A stretch of 64,000 bases of DNA from Dendrobates tinctorius (lineage: Eukaryota): positions 434,001-498,000 of the forward strand of contig NW_027361774.1 in NCBI RefSeq assembly GCF_039654945.1, in the 5' to 3' direction. Below the pieces are notes generated by a model that had not been told where the DNA came from, ran no database searches, and worked only from the letters and a program-made list of their open reading frames with translations. Position 1 is the stretch's first letter, and each line of letters starts with the position of its first letter. Position numbers and translations under genes: made by a program. Of the stretch, positions 37,491 to 49,799 are shown in pieces.

Positions 37491-38990
37491 CCGTATTTTT
37501 TGGACTATAAGACACACCTAGGTTTTACAGGAAATTAGGGAAAAAAAATTGAAGCAAAAAATGTGGCTAATTCTGTACTTAATATCCCCTATCCTGGTAT
37601 ATATGGTCTCCTCATCCCTATTCTGATACACATGGCTGTTGTGAGCTCATTTTCTCGTTCACCTTTGATGTCCGATGAACTCCCTCTGCTGGTGAAAGGA
37701 GGTGGTGAAACTGATTTGGATGGGAGAAACCTGTCACCTGAACAGGTGGATTGCGATTGGACATCCGGAATCTCTGAGTGGATATAAGGCAGCCGACGCC
37801 CTGTAGGGTGCTGGTGATTTCTCTGCTCTGAGCTCTGGCCTCCAGTTCAGTTCCTGTCTTCTAAAGCTAAGTTTTGCTCTTATTGTTCCATGAGATTTTG
37901 TCTGATTTGCTTAGTTTTGTGTTCTGCCAGCCCCGGCTGGGGCTCTGCTGAATTTCCATTTTTGTCCCTGATCCGTTAAATCTCTTTTGCTCTGTCTTCA
38001 GAATATATCGGAGTGCTGATATAGGGATTTTGAAGTCTAGTGACTTCAGGGCCGTTTTTCCTATCAGACATGTTGAGACATTTTTGGTAGCGTTTTTGCA
38101 GATTGCAGCCAGCATCTTTTCTGTCCTTTCCTATCTAGTTAGTTGGGCCCCATCATTTGCTCTGCCTGTCTTTCTGTCTGTGTTTTCATCTGTTTTCACT
38201 GACAATACATGTTGGGGGCTGTCTATTGCTTTGGGGTCTGCTCTGGGGCAGTTTAGATTTCCCCTTTCTTTCTTTAGGCTTATTTAGTTCTCCAGCTATG
38301 AAGAGGCGTCTAGGACCACCGTAGGAACGCTCCACGGCTACTGTTAGTTGTTGTGAATAGGCTCAGGGGTCTGCAATCCGCTAGCTACCAACCTCTCCGG
38401 TTTTCTGGACTTAGCTTGCAGTTTTGTTATTTCCTCCTCCGGTGACTCATTCATAACACATGGCCCCCTCATCCCTACCTTGGTATACATAGATCCCTCA
38501 TCCCTATCCTAGTATGCATGGCCCCATCCTTATCCTGGTATGCAGAGCTCCCATTTTGTCATAGTATGCATGGTCCTCATCCTTATCCTGGTATGCAGGG
38601 CCCCCATCTTGTCCTAGTATGCAGGGTCCCATCCCTATTCTGGCATGATTGGCCCCATCCCGCTCCTGGTATGCAGTGCCCCATCTCATCGTAGTATGCA
38701 TGGCCCCCATCCTTATCCTGGTATGCAGGGCACCATCACTATTCGGGTATGACTGGCCCCCCATTCCAGTCCTGGAATGCATAGCTCAATCCTTATAATT
38801 GGCCCCCATCCTGGTATCCATGGCCCCATCACAAAACATTAAAAAAAAGCATTACACTTACCTACCCGGCACTCCCTTGCTGATTCCTGCTCTGATACCA
38901 GCAACTGCTTTATGCTTGTAAGCAGCACATGGCAGGGACATAATGCGTGCTCACAAGCAGAGCACAGCTGCCAGAGTACTCGCCGTTAAA
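37491..38990. mobile_element. Tc2-like MITE remnant with ~35-bp minisatellite (38460-38830), hosting a solo LTR
   Basis: TA + CCGTATTTTTTGGACTATAAGAC terminus; CCCCATCCTTATCCTGGTATGCA repeats. Confidence 0.6.
37637..38458. mobile_element. Solo LTR
   Basis: TGTTGTGA...TCATAACA termini, flanked on both sides by CATGGC. Confidence 0.7.
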
Positions 38991-39086
38991 ACTATATCAA
39001 CATTATGAACATAAAAAAGGCTTCTCCCCTATGTGACGTCTCTAATGTTTATTAACAGTTGATTTCCAAGTAAAATATTTCCCACA

Positions 39087-42000
39087 TTAAGAAAATGAAA
39101 AAGGCTTCTCCTCTGTGTGACTGCTCTGATGTCTAACAAGAAGCGCTTTCCGGTTAAGATATTTCCCACAATCTGAACAGGAAAAAGGCTTCTCCCTTGT
39201 GTGAGTTCTATGGTGAGTAACAAGCAGTGATTTATGTGCAAAACCTTTCCCACATTTAGAACAGGAAAAAGGCTTCTCTCTTGTGTGAGTTCTTTGGTGT
39301 TCATTAAGATTCCCTTTCCGGTTAAAACATTTCCCACATTCTGAACAGGAAAAAGGCTTCTCTCCTGTGTGAGTTCTTTGGTGTATATCAAGATTCCATT
39401 TCTGTTTAAAACATTTCCCACATTCTGAACAGGAAAAAGACTTCTTTGCTTTAGGAGCAGTTTGTTTTTTATTGCCTGTTTTGTGACTTGGATTTTCCTT
39501 AGTAGTCGGTAAAGAATCAGAAGATGGGACCTGTTTCATAGGATCAGATGACAGATCTTTGCTGTGAATGGATGATGATATATCTGGAGTAATGGCAATC
39601 ACTTCAGTTGTATCTTGTAGGATCTCAAGATCATCAGATTTAAAAGTTGAAGATGTCAGCTGTCCCTCTGATCTCCTGGTACAGTCATCTGCTAAGATAA
39701 AAAACAATTATTTTTAATAAAATACCCTTGAGTTTTATATCTTTGAACGTTTCTACTTAAACTGTCCATAAAAATGGCAAGCTATGTAAAAACCTTTAAT
39801 TAATTACCAAGACAATGACAGTTCACAGTCTAATAGAAAACCTTGTTGGATGAGCCAGTAGTGTGCGGTGTTCAACTGTTGGTTCATTCTGCCTCCCAAA
39901 TATCAAATAAAAAGAAACCAATCAATGTTATGTAGGCGAAAATAATACCAATTCTCATCTCACAAAAAACAAGTCCCCACTCAGGTCCATCATCTGTCAG
40001 TGGAAAAACAGAGGTTCCCACACTATTAGTGGCTCAAAGGCTGTTGAAAAGCAACAAGGTTTCCATAAACCAATCCGGCAAAATCCGCTCTCACTTCGGA
40101 GTCTTGCAGTGTGCGCAAACAACATTTAGCATCCCTGTATTTAGCAATATTATAGTGAGAAGAACCCACTTAATTTGCGGTGTCTCCTGGAGCACAATCT
40201 GGGCACTATGTGCTGGGTAATAAAATGGCAAATGTGTAATTTTCACTCTCCAACATCCACTGTGTGTTAATTTCCAGAAAGTGTCTGTGGAGTCAAAATA
40301 TTCACTCCTCCTACACACGTGGTCTAAATTGTTGGTACCCCTTGTTTAATGACAGAAAAACCCACAATGGTCACAGAAATAACTTTAATCTGACAAAAGT
40401 AGAAATAAATCAAAAATCTATGGAAATGAGCAAATGAAAGTCAGACATTGCTTTTCAGCCATGCTTCCACAGAATTTTTAAACAATTAAAACTCATGAAA
40501 TAGGCCTTAACTTAATCGGTTCATGACCGCCAATGGTAGATAAACGCCGGCGCTAGCAGGGCTTTGTGCAGCGCAGTTGTTTGTCTACGGTCGGCAGTTT
40601 TGTGCTCATCGGGACCCCACGTACCTTATAACTAGGGGATTCCACCCCAAAATGCTTCCTGTGACCCCCTACTTCATTGAGACCTGATCGGTACAGGTCC
40701 TTATGACATCAGCATGACACCAGCCAATGAGACAAATCACTAGGAAAGTTTGTTGTAGCAGCGAACTTTCGCGGGTGATCTGTCTCATAAAACCGCTGCT
40801 TCTCCTCAGATCTCCTGTCAGTGAGATATTAGAGGAGAAACAGTGTTACAAGTGCTGCTGCCAACAGCTGTGTCAGTCAGCGATTGTGCTATAAAGTAAA
40901 AAAAAAAATAAGGCAGGTTAGGGTTAGTGCTATAGTTAGGATTAGTGTTAGGTTAAAGTTAATGTTTATTCTTAAGTTAGGGTTAGGCTAAAGAATTAGG
41001 CTTTTCTCAATGGTCTCCCCGATAATTTGGTCATGTCAGACACGTAGTTTTCTATTTACGGGAAAAAATAAAAACGAATAAAATGGCCCGTCAGTATGAT
41101 AGTGCAGAGGAGGCTTATGCACTTTTATGTTCTGACAGTGAAGAAAGTGCAGTGTCAGATGGCGATGTGGATTTCGAGGGCTTTAGTAGCAGCGACAGTG
41201 ATAGCTCAGAAATGAGCAGTGATTCTGGTCCATCCTCACACACAAGGACCAGTACAACAAGAAGGGCAAATAGCGCTTCTGGAGAAATGTCTCCAACTCA
41301 GGGAACAATGCCCAGTACTAGCGCTGTCCCTAGTGCTCGGTAATTGGCGCACACCAATGTCCAAGGGGCTTTGCCTCTTGATGTAGCATTTCCCAGATGG
41401 GAGGCTTCGGATTCGGCTACTCCATTCATCCCTAATTTTATTGCCATTCCTGGTATAAATGTGGAGGTGGAAAATTTTGGACCAATTATTTTTTTTAATT
41501 TGCTTATGACAGATAGCTTGCTAGAGCATATTGTCCTACAGATTTATATGTGTCCCAATTCATCAGCCAGAATCCATGATCCTATTATGCTAGGTCACAT
41601 TTATGGAACCAACTAATGTCCTAGAAATGAAAACATTTTTAGGACTTACATTCTCTATGGGGCTTGTTAAAAAACGAGCATTCGGTCCTATTTGTCCAAC
41701 CGGCCTGTTCAAGCCACCCCTATGTTTTCTGCCGTTCTTCCTAGGACCCGTTATGAGATGCTCATGAGATTTTGGCATTTTAACGACAATAGTCAATGCC
41801 TGCCCAGAACTGCCCCAGAACATGACAGACTATTCAAAGTCAGACCCATCATCGAAGACTTGACAGAAAAGTTCTTAAAGCTCTACACCCCAACAGAAAA
41901 CATTTCCATTGATGAGTCCCTTGTAAAATTCAAGGGAAGACTGCACCTCAAGCAATTTATTCCTTCTAAGAGGGCAAGGTTCGGAATAAAGCTCTATAAA

Positions 42001-45000
42001 ATGTGCGAGAGTTCAACCGGATACACATCAGCTTTTCACATTTATGAGGGGAAAGACCGCAAACTGAACCCACCAGGATGTGCTACTTATCTGGGGACAT
42101 CTGGAAAATGGTTTTGAGCCTTTTTTTTACAAAACGGCTACAATCTGTATGTTGACAACTACTACACCAGCATACCCCTATTTAAAACTCTGGTTGAACA
42201 TAACATAGGGGCTTGTGGGACCATTCACAAAAACCATCAGGGGTTTCCACAATCATTGGTCAAAGAAAATTTCCAAAAGGGGCAGTCAGGGGCTTTACAC
42301 AATGGAGAGCTGCTTGTCCTTAAGTATAAGGGTAAAAAAGATATTTTTATCCTGAGCTCGATCCACACAGAGGCCACAAGGGCCACTGCAGACCAACAGG
42401 GATCCACTACTCCAAAACCTGTGTCTGTCATTGACTACAGCAAATATATGGGGGTGTGGACCTTTCAGATCAGGTTCTGCAGCCATACCAGGTATCAAGA
42501 AAATCATAGATCTGGTATAACAAGTTAGTCATGTATTTGTTTCAGGTGGCCACATATAATTCTTTTGTGTTATACAAAAAAGCCGGAAATGCAGATACCG
42601 TATATACTCGAGTATAAGCCGACCCGAGTATAAGCCGACCCCCCTAATTTTGCCACAAAAAACTGGGAAAACTTATTGACTCGAGTATAAGCCTAGGGTG
42701 GGAAATGCTCCATAGATTATTCCCCCATATACTGCCCCCATTAGAAGCTCCATATTGTTCCCCCATATGCTGCCCCCATTAGAAGCTCCATATTGTTCCC
42801 CCATATACTGCCCCCATTAGAAGCTCCATATTGTTCCCCCATATACTGCCCCCATTAGAAGCTCCATATTGTTCCCCCATATACTGCCCCCATTAGAAGC
42901 TCCATATTGTTCCCCCATATACTGCCCCCATTAGAAGCTCCATAGATTATTCCCCCATATACTGCCCCCATTAGAAGCTCCATAGATTATTCCCCCATAT
43001 GCTGCCCCCATTAGAAGCTCCTTAAGATTATTTCCCCATGTGCTGCCGCTGCTGCAGCATGTAATAATAAAAAAATGACATACTCACCTCTCCGTTGCTG
43101 GGTGTCAGATACTCCACCTGTCCTGCGTCCATGGCTGCTCACCACTATCTGCCACGTCATCAGTCAGTGACGTTCAGACTGCAGGGGGCGCGGCGCACAC
43201 TAACCACGTCACCGTGCCCTCTGCTGTCTGAAGTCACTGACCGATGACAGACAGCAGCAAGCAGCCATGGACGCAGGACAGGTGAGTATCGCTATACTTA
43301 CCCGTCCTGACGCTGTGTCTTGAGCCCCCAGCTTCTCCGCGCTCTTTCTTCCTGCCTTCAGCGGTCACGTGGTGCCGCTCATTAAAACTCATGATATGCG
43401 CATATTCATGAGTTTTAATGAGCGGCACCACGTGACCGCTGAAGGCAGGAAGAGAGAGCACGGGGAGAAGCTGGGGGCTCAAGACACAGCGTCAGGATGG
43501 GTAAGTATGACCTGACACCCCCGCCCCCCCCCTCCCCCTCTGACCCCCCGGTGTATATGACTCGAATAAAAGCCGAGAGGGGGACTTTCAGCCCAAAAAA
43601 ACGGGCTGAAAATCTCGGCTTATATTCGAGTATATACGGTACTTTCCTTCATTATCAGGAAAAGGTCACTGAAAATCTTATTTTTGATAATTTTGTCCCC
43701 GCCAATCCTTTAGAATGTGAAGATGTCAGAAGACTCACTGAGCGACATTTTATTGCACTCATCCCAGTAACTGAAACAAGAAAGAACCCCAGAGAAGATG
43801 TCGTGTATGTTCCTAGAGAGGAATGAGGCATGATCCCCGCTATTATTACCCACAATGCCCATCATTGCCGGCCTTATGCCTCCATGACGGCTTTACAATC
43901 TTCCACACACAACCACGTTTTTGAACTGTTTTGACATTCAAGCATTTGGTTTATTTAGTGACAGACACATTTGAGTAGAGCTGACTTAACAATTTCCGGG
44001 GGTAGGTGGGGGGAGGTCTCCAGAGACACAAGCTGGGCACAATATATTGGGCACTACAATGACATTTTTGCAATTTTTGCGCTGAAACTTCCACTACGTG
44101 TTTCTGGAAATCATCCATGTAGTGAAAATGGTCACTATATCCATAGATGAATTCCCAGAGGGGTGTCATTTCCAAAATGGGGTCACTTCAGGGGGGATTC
44201 TGTTGTTCTGGCACTTAGTGGCTCTCCAAAGTGCCACAACAGCAGAATCCCCCCTGAAGTGACCCCATTTTGGAAATGACTCCCCTCTGTGAATTCATCT
44301 ATGAGTGTAGTGACCTTTTACCTATCTACCTATTTCCAATGTAATATCTGGGGTTAAAACAACATTTTAGTGATAAAAATGTACCATATTTTTCGGACTA
44401 TAAGACACACTTTTTGCCAAAAAATTTTGTGGGGAAATGGGGATGCGTCTTATAGTAGGAATATACTTACAAATGTTGTGGAGCGGCGCTCTGTGCTGCG
44501 TGGAGGGCTCCACCAGAATTTTGTCAAAGTCCAGAGACCCACGCAGTTCCATTGCTGTGATGCGGTGGTCTCCAGAAAAATGGCCGCTGTGAACGGCACA
44601 TGCTCAGATTCAGATCTCGCCCCGAGATCTCGTTGCCGAGATCTAAATCTGAGCATGTGCCGCCCCCAGCTGCCATTCTCCCGGAGGCCATCACATCAAT
44701 GGAGCTGCAGGGGCCTAAGGTTTTGACAAAATGGCTGCAAAGCCCCCCACGCAGCACAGAGTGCCGCTGCCCCAGCACAGAGCGCTGCCGCCGCCACAGG
44801 TGCAGTGCTGCCGACCCAGCGCAGAGCACTTCCACCCAAGCACAGAGCACCACTGCCACACCAGCCTGGAATGGGAGTTTCCGGAGGCCACCGCACCAGC
44901 CTGGACCACCGGTAAGCTGAATTTGGACTGTAAGACGGACCCCCATTTTGCACATTTTTCCGCCCCTATTTTCCTTTTGAAAATTTGGGGTGCGTCTTAT

Positions 45001-47778
45001 AGTCCAAAAAATACAGTATTTTTTTTTTCTTCACTGCCCAATGGTATAATTTTCTATGGAACAGCTGTGGTGTCAGTATGCTCACTGCACCACTAGAAGA
45101 ACTCATTCAGGGTAGTATTTGGTAAAATGCAGTCACTTTTGGGGCTTATGCTGTTCTGGCACCTCAGGGGCTCTGACAATGTGACATGTCACCCACAAAC
45201 AATTCCAGCAGAATCTGCTCTCCAATACGGCGCTCCTTCCCTTCCAAGCTCTGCCATGCGCCCAAACAGTGGTTTACCCCCACATATGGGGTATCGGCGT
45301 GCTCAGGAGAAATTGCACAACAAACTGTATGGAGCAATTTCTCTCGTTCCCCTTATGAAAATGCAAAATATGGAGCTAAAAAGATTTGTGAAAAATCTTT
45401 TTTTTTTTTTATTTGCATGGCGCCATGTTATAAACTTCTGTGAAGCACCTGTGGGTTCAAGGTGCTCAATACACATCTGCATAAGTTCCCTAAGGGGTCT
45501 AGTTTCCAAAATGGTGTCACTTGTTGGGGGTTTCCACTGTTTAGGCACATCAGGGGCTCTCCAAACGTGACATGGCAACCGCTAATTATTCCAGCATATT
45601 TTACATTCAAAAAGTCAAATGTCGCCCTTTCCCTTCCGAGCCCTGCCGTGCGCCCAAACAGTAGATTTCCCCCACATATGGGGTATCGGAACGCTCAGGA
45701 GAAATTGCAAAACAAAATGTATAGTCCATTTTCTCCTGTTACCCTGGCGAAAGTGAAAAAAAAAAATAGGTCTAATGGAAAATTTTTGTGAAAGAAAAGT
45801 AAATATTTATTTTTTCCTTCCATATTCCATTCATTCCTGTGAAGCACCTGAAGGGTTAATAATCTTCTTGAATGTGGTTTTGAGCCCCTTGAGGGGCGCA
45901 GTTGTTACAATGGGGTCACTTTTGGGTATTTTCGGTCATATTGACCCCACAAACTCACTTCAAATGTGAGGTGGTCCCTAAAAAAATGGTTTTGTAAATT
46001 TTGTTGTAAAAATGAGAAATCGCTGGTCAACTTTTAACCCTTAAACTTCCTAACAAAAAAAATTGGTATAGTTAATATAGATGCTACTGTGCAGGCGCCA
46101 CCATCACCGGTGACATTTTGCTGGATGTAATTTCTTTCTAAGCCTCACAATAGCCACAATATTATAGGCATTATCAACAATAATATCAATGCTATTATAT
46201 GCATTATGTAATAATGGGGGCAGGTCAGTGAGGGGTCAGCGACCTGTCATAAGCCAACACAGATGAATATGTAATCAGAGCACCACATAAAGCCCCACCC
46301 ACAGCCCCACCCACAGCCCCGCCCAAGAGCACGAGAATCTCATTAACTGAAAACTACAAATACAGATTCCACAACAGTAAACCAGAGTTGCCCTCACTTA
46401 TGGTGGACCATTGGAGCTACTATGAATCCTGAGCAGAAGATTAGAGAGAATAATATTGCTCCCCATATCAGGAGAGATTGTGCAGTAATCTGAATTCCTT
46501 AGGATCAAAAACAATGTAATTGGTTGTAAGTTCTATAGAAAAGGGCTTTCACTGCCCAAAGTCATTGAACAGTTTTGGGTGGAGGAGAATGTTGTGATCT
46601 AGAGGCAAAATGGTGATCATGGTAATACGGCCGGACTACACCACCGATAAAGCAGCCACAGCCGGTGACTGAGAGGAATCTGTGACTTCTCTGCATTCAG
46701 TGGTTACTACTCACCTGGGTAGTCATATGTGGGAATCTCCTCTTTATACCACTCATCACCCCTCACATATGTCTCTGTAGTGTTAATATGGGTCAGATCT
46801 TCACCCTGAAACAAATATTGTAAAAGTCACCGACAGATGGAGAAGTCCCATCTATGATCAGCTCTAATCCTGCCATCTCCACCGTTCTCATTACACAAGT
46901 ATAAAACACATAATACTGGTGGATAAAACAAGACTGAGCACAAGACCTTCACAGCCGTCTACACATCATAGGGGAGATCTCCTGACACCTTCTCTCCATC
47001 TACCTGATGATCCTGAGGAGCACTGGGATCTTCTTGGTTACAGTCCTGTGGAAGAAGAGGACGGGGACATCTCTCTGGTGTTGTCCTCTTACTGGATAGA
47101 TCTGGAGGAAACACATACAGGGACTGAATTCATTCTCTACATACAGATAATTATAGGCCGTGTGTATTTAGTCCTGTCTATTACCTGGAGATGTGAGGGG
47201 CTGGGGAACCTCCATTATGACGTTCTTGTACTGATCTCTGTGTCCTTCTAAATACTCCCACTCCTCCATGGAGAAATAGACAGCGACATCCTGACACCTT
47301 ATAGGAACCTGACACATACAATGATACCGTCATCCCCCCGATCCCTTCATAGTGTTACTGTATAATGTCCCAGCATTCCCAGCAGTGTCACCTCTCCAGT
47401 CAGCAGCTCAATCATCTTGTAGAGGAGTTCTAGGATCTTCTGGTCATTGATGTCCTCATGGGTCAGGGGGTGAGGTGGAGGCCCCGTGATTGGGCTCAGG
47501 GGTCTTCCCCATCCCTCAGACACAGGGTCCTGACAGTGATCACTAGAGGTCTTCTTCACCACTGTGTAATCCTGGTAATGGAGAGACACATTAATAAATC
47601 TCACTCCAGACATTCCCAGAGTCCTCACCTCTCCAGTTCTGTCCATCTGTTATTCCCATAGATAAGAATGATGTAATGTGAGGTCATCAGAGTCTCTCAC
47701 CTCTCCAGTGAGACGGAAGAGGATCTCTAGGGTGAGGTGTAACATCCTCTCCGCCATCTTGTCTCTGTCCATATCCAT
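39087..47778 (-). CDS. FAX/KRAB-like C2H2 zinc-finger gene copy B, complete: exons 47778-47701, 47571-47392, 47308-47185, 47101-47004, 46805-46715, 39688-39087; 390 aa, 4 fingers
   Basis: Exons sum to 1173 nt with compatible phases; KRAB-A-like [23 protein letters not shown]; last exon encodes four CxxCGK...HxxxH fingers with TGEKPF-type linkers. Joining the last exon across a 7-kb intron is inferred from strand and phase. Confidence 0.88.
40314..40510 (+). mobile_element. Tc1-like terminal fragment cut at TTAA by the piggyBac
   Basis: TA + CACACGTGGTCTAAATTGTTGGTACCCC. Confidence 0.55.
41083..43925 (+). pseudogene. piggyBac (PGBD4-like) transposase pseudogene
   Basis: DDD-type motifs with stops and frameshifts; the frame KKAGNAD|TFLHYQEK is restored by removing the MITE 42598-43639 and one TA. 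Confidence 0.87.
42598..43639. mobile_element. Tc2-like MITE with 38-bp minisatellite (~42706-43040) and internal palindrome (43294-43508)
   Basis: TA TSD; TIRs CCGTATATACTCGAGTATAAGCCGA / TCGGCTTATATTCGAGTATATACGG. Confidence 0.9.
44384..45016. mobile_element. Tc2-like MITE
   Basis: TA TSD; TIRs CCATATTTTTCGGACTATAAGAC / GTCTTATAGTCCAAAAAATACAG; empty site at ~59890 in the copy C block. Confidence 0.88.
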
Positions 47779-48309
47779 CCTTGATGGGTAAATCAGGAAA
47801 ATTCTCTTCTGTAGAAGATCTTCACTGAGAGGATCCGATATTGTAGAGACCTGAATGAGAAGAAGATGATCCGATGTAACATCATAAGAATCCTGTGTAA
47901 TAATACAATTACTGGAGATAATAAGGGAAACATATGAGGAGATTTATTATCTTACAGGGTTTAGTTTTCTTCCCTGACATCTACTAATAAAACCTATATA
48001 TTTAGGCCACAGACAACAAGCAGTTTCCTCCTCGGAGTCGGCAGCTGAACACGTTCCTCATAGACTCATCTTCCATAACGCTAATTCTCGTCTCATTACC
48101 GACACTGGAATCGGCATTAGCAATACTGCAGGAGATATTCATTACACGCGACATGAGAAATAACTCCTTCATGATGATGACGACATCTTCATCTTCTACT
48201 GCGGCTCTAGAGACAGATTTGGCCAGAGTCGGTCACTGCCTCCATCCCCACCGGCCGTCTATATGAAGGTTTCCCGTCTTCCCCGCACTGGAATCTTCTA
48301 TCTATATGT

Positions 48310-48562
48310 AATATATGGGTACAACCCCAAGAACACAGTACCAACCGTGAAGCCTAGTGGGGGAAACATCATACTTTGGGGGTGCTTTTCTGTAAAGGGG
48401 ACAGGACAACTGCAACGTATTGAAGGAAGGATGGATGGGGTCTTGTATCGGGAGATTTTGGCCAACAACCTCCTTCTCTCACTAACAGCATTGAAGATGG
48501 GTGGAGGCTGGGTCTTCGAACAGAACAACGACCCGAAACACAGAGACAGGGAAACTAAAGAA
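48310..48562 (+). mobile_element. Tc1 transposase internal fragment
   Basis: [24 protein letters not shown]...[11 protein letters not shown]. Confidence 0.8.
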
Positions 48563-48592
48563 AGAATAACACAGGGACCGAAAGGGTTAATA

Positions 48593-48820
48593 GGACTCAC
48601 AGGAGGAACCGACCCAGAAAGCAGAAGATCCAGGAGGGTCTGCCACATATATGACTGCTCTGTGCACAGGACCTGTGATGAGGTCACAGGAGGGGAGGAG
48701 TCAGGGGTCACATGATCAGGGGCCTCAGTGTGTGCAGGACTCTGCTGTGCTGGTTGTCATGGTGTTGGATGAGGGGAAGTTTCTGTGTGGGGTCAGGAGG
48801 GGTTTACAGGGTAGATGTAG
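48593..48820 (-). promoter_or_regulatory. Promoter-like module plus candidate first exon (type 1) of copy B
   Basis: Dyad at 48672-48690; donor GTGAGT at 48600-48595; acceptor of the ATG exon at ~47850. Confidence 0.58.
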
Positions 48821-48821
48821 C

Positions 48822-49511
48822 AGAGCCGTGTGTGTACGAGGTGTACGGAGCGGAGCTGCGTGTGTACGAGGTGTACGGAGCGGAGTTGCGTGTGTACGAG
48901 GTGTACGGAGCGGAGCCGAATGTGTACGAGGTGTACGGAGCGGAGCCGTGTGTGTACAAGGTGTACGGACCGGAGCCGTGTGTCTGCGAGGTGTACGGAG
49001 CGGAGCCGCGTGTGTGCGAGGTGTACGGAGCGGAGCCGTGTGTGTATGAGGTGTACGGAGCGGAGCCGCGTGTGTACGAGGTGTACGGAGCGGAGCCGCG
49101 TGTGTACGAGGTGTACGGAGCGGAGCCGTGTGTGTACGAGGTGTACGGAGCGGAGCCGTGTGGGTACGAGGTGTACGGAGCAGAGCCATGTGTGTACGAG
49201 GTGTACGGAGCGGAGCCGTGTGTGTACGAGGTGTACGGAGCGGAGCTGCGTGTGTACGAGGTGTACGGAGCGGAGTTGCGTGTGTACGAGGTGTACGGAG
49301 CGGAGCCGAATGTGTACGAGGTGTACGGAGCGGAGCCGTGTGTGTACAAGGTCTACGGACCGGAGCCGTGTGTCTGCGAGGTGTACGGAGCGGAGCCGCG
49401 TGTGTACGAGGTGTACGGAGCGGAGCCGCGTGTGTACGAGGTGTACGGAGCGGAGCCGTGTGTGTACGAGGTGTACGGAGCGGAGCCGTGTGTGTACGAG
49501 GTGTACGGAGC
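48822..49511 (+). repeat. 30-bp minisatellite, 23 units, followed by ~51-bp repeats to ~49630
   Basis: Same unit as 26027-26957; a variant block recurs at 390 bp. Confidence 0.97.
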
Positions 49512-49799
49512 TTCGGTCTCAGACCCCTGTGTATACTGTATACACCTGTATACCCCCAGCTTCGGTCACAGACCCCTGTGTATGCTCTATACACCCGTAT
49601 ACCCCCAGCTTCGGTCACAGACCCCGCATCTCTCACACTGTAGAACTGACGCCGGACACACACGGTAAAACTGCGGTCGTCGGTCTCTCATCTCTCGCAC
49701 TTATACTGATAACATAAGATGGAGTCAGACGAACCCTCCTACAAAACGTGAGAACAAAGTCATTACTACAGGACTGTGTGAGAAAGGGATTTATTCTAC

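Larger units (their letters stand above)
40512..46070 (+). mobile_element. piggyBac transposon, decayed, 3' end truncated, in the last intron of copy B
   Basis: Begins at TTAA; acidic N-terminus (41083), [48 protein letters not shown], Cys-rich C-terminus ending near 43925; long subterminal repeats follow. Confidence 0.88.
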
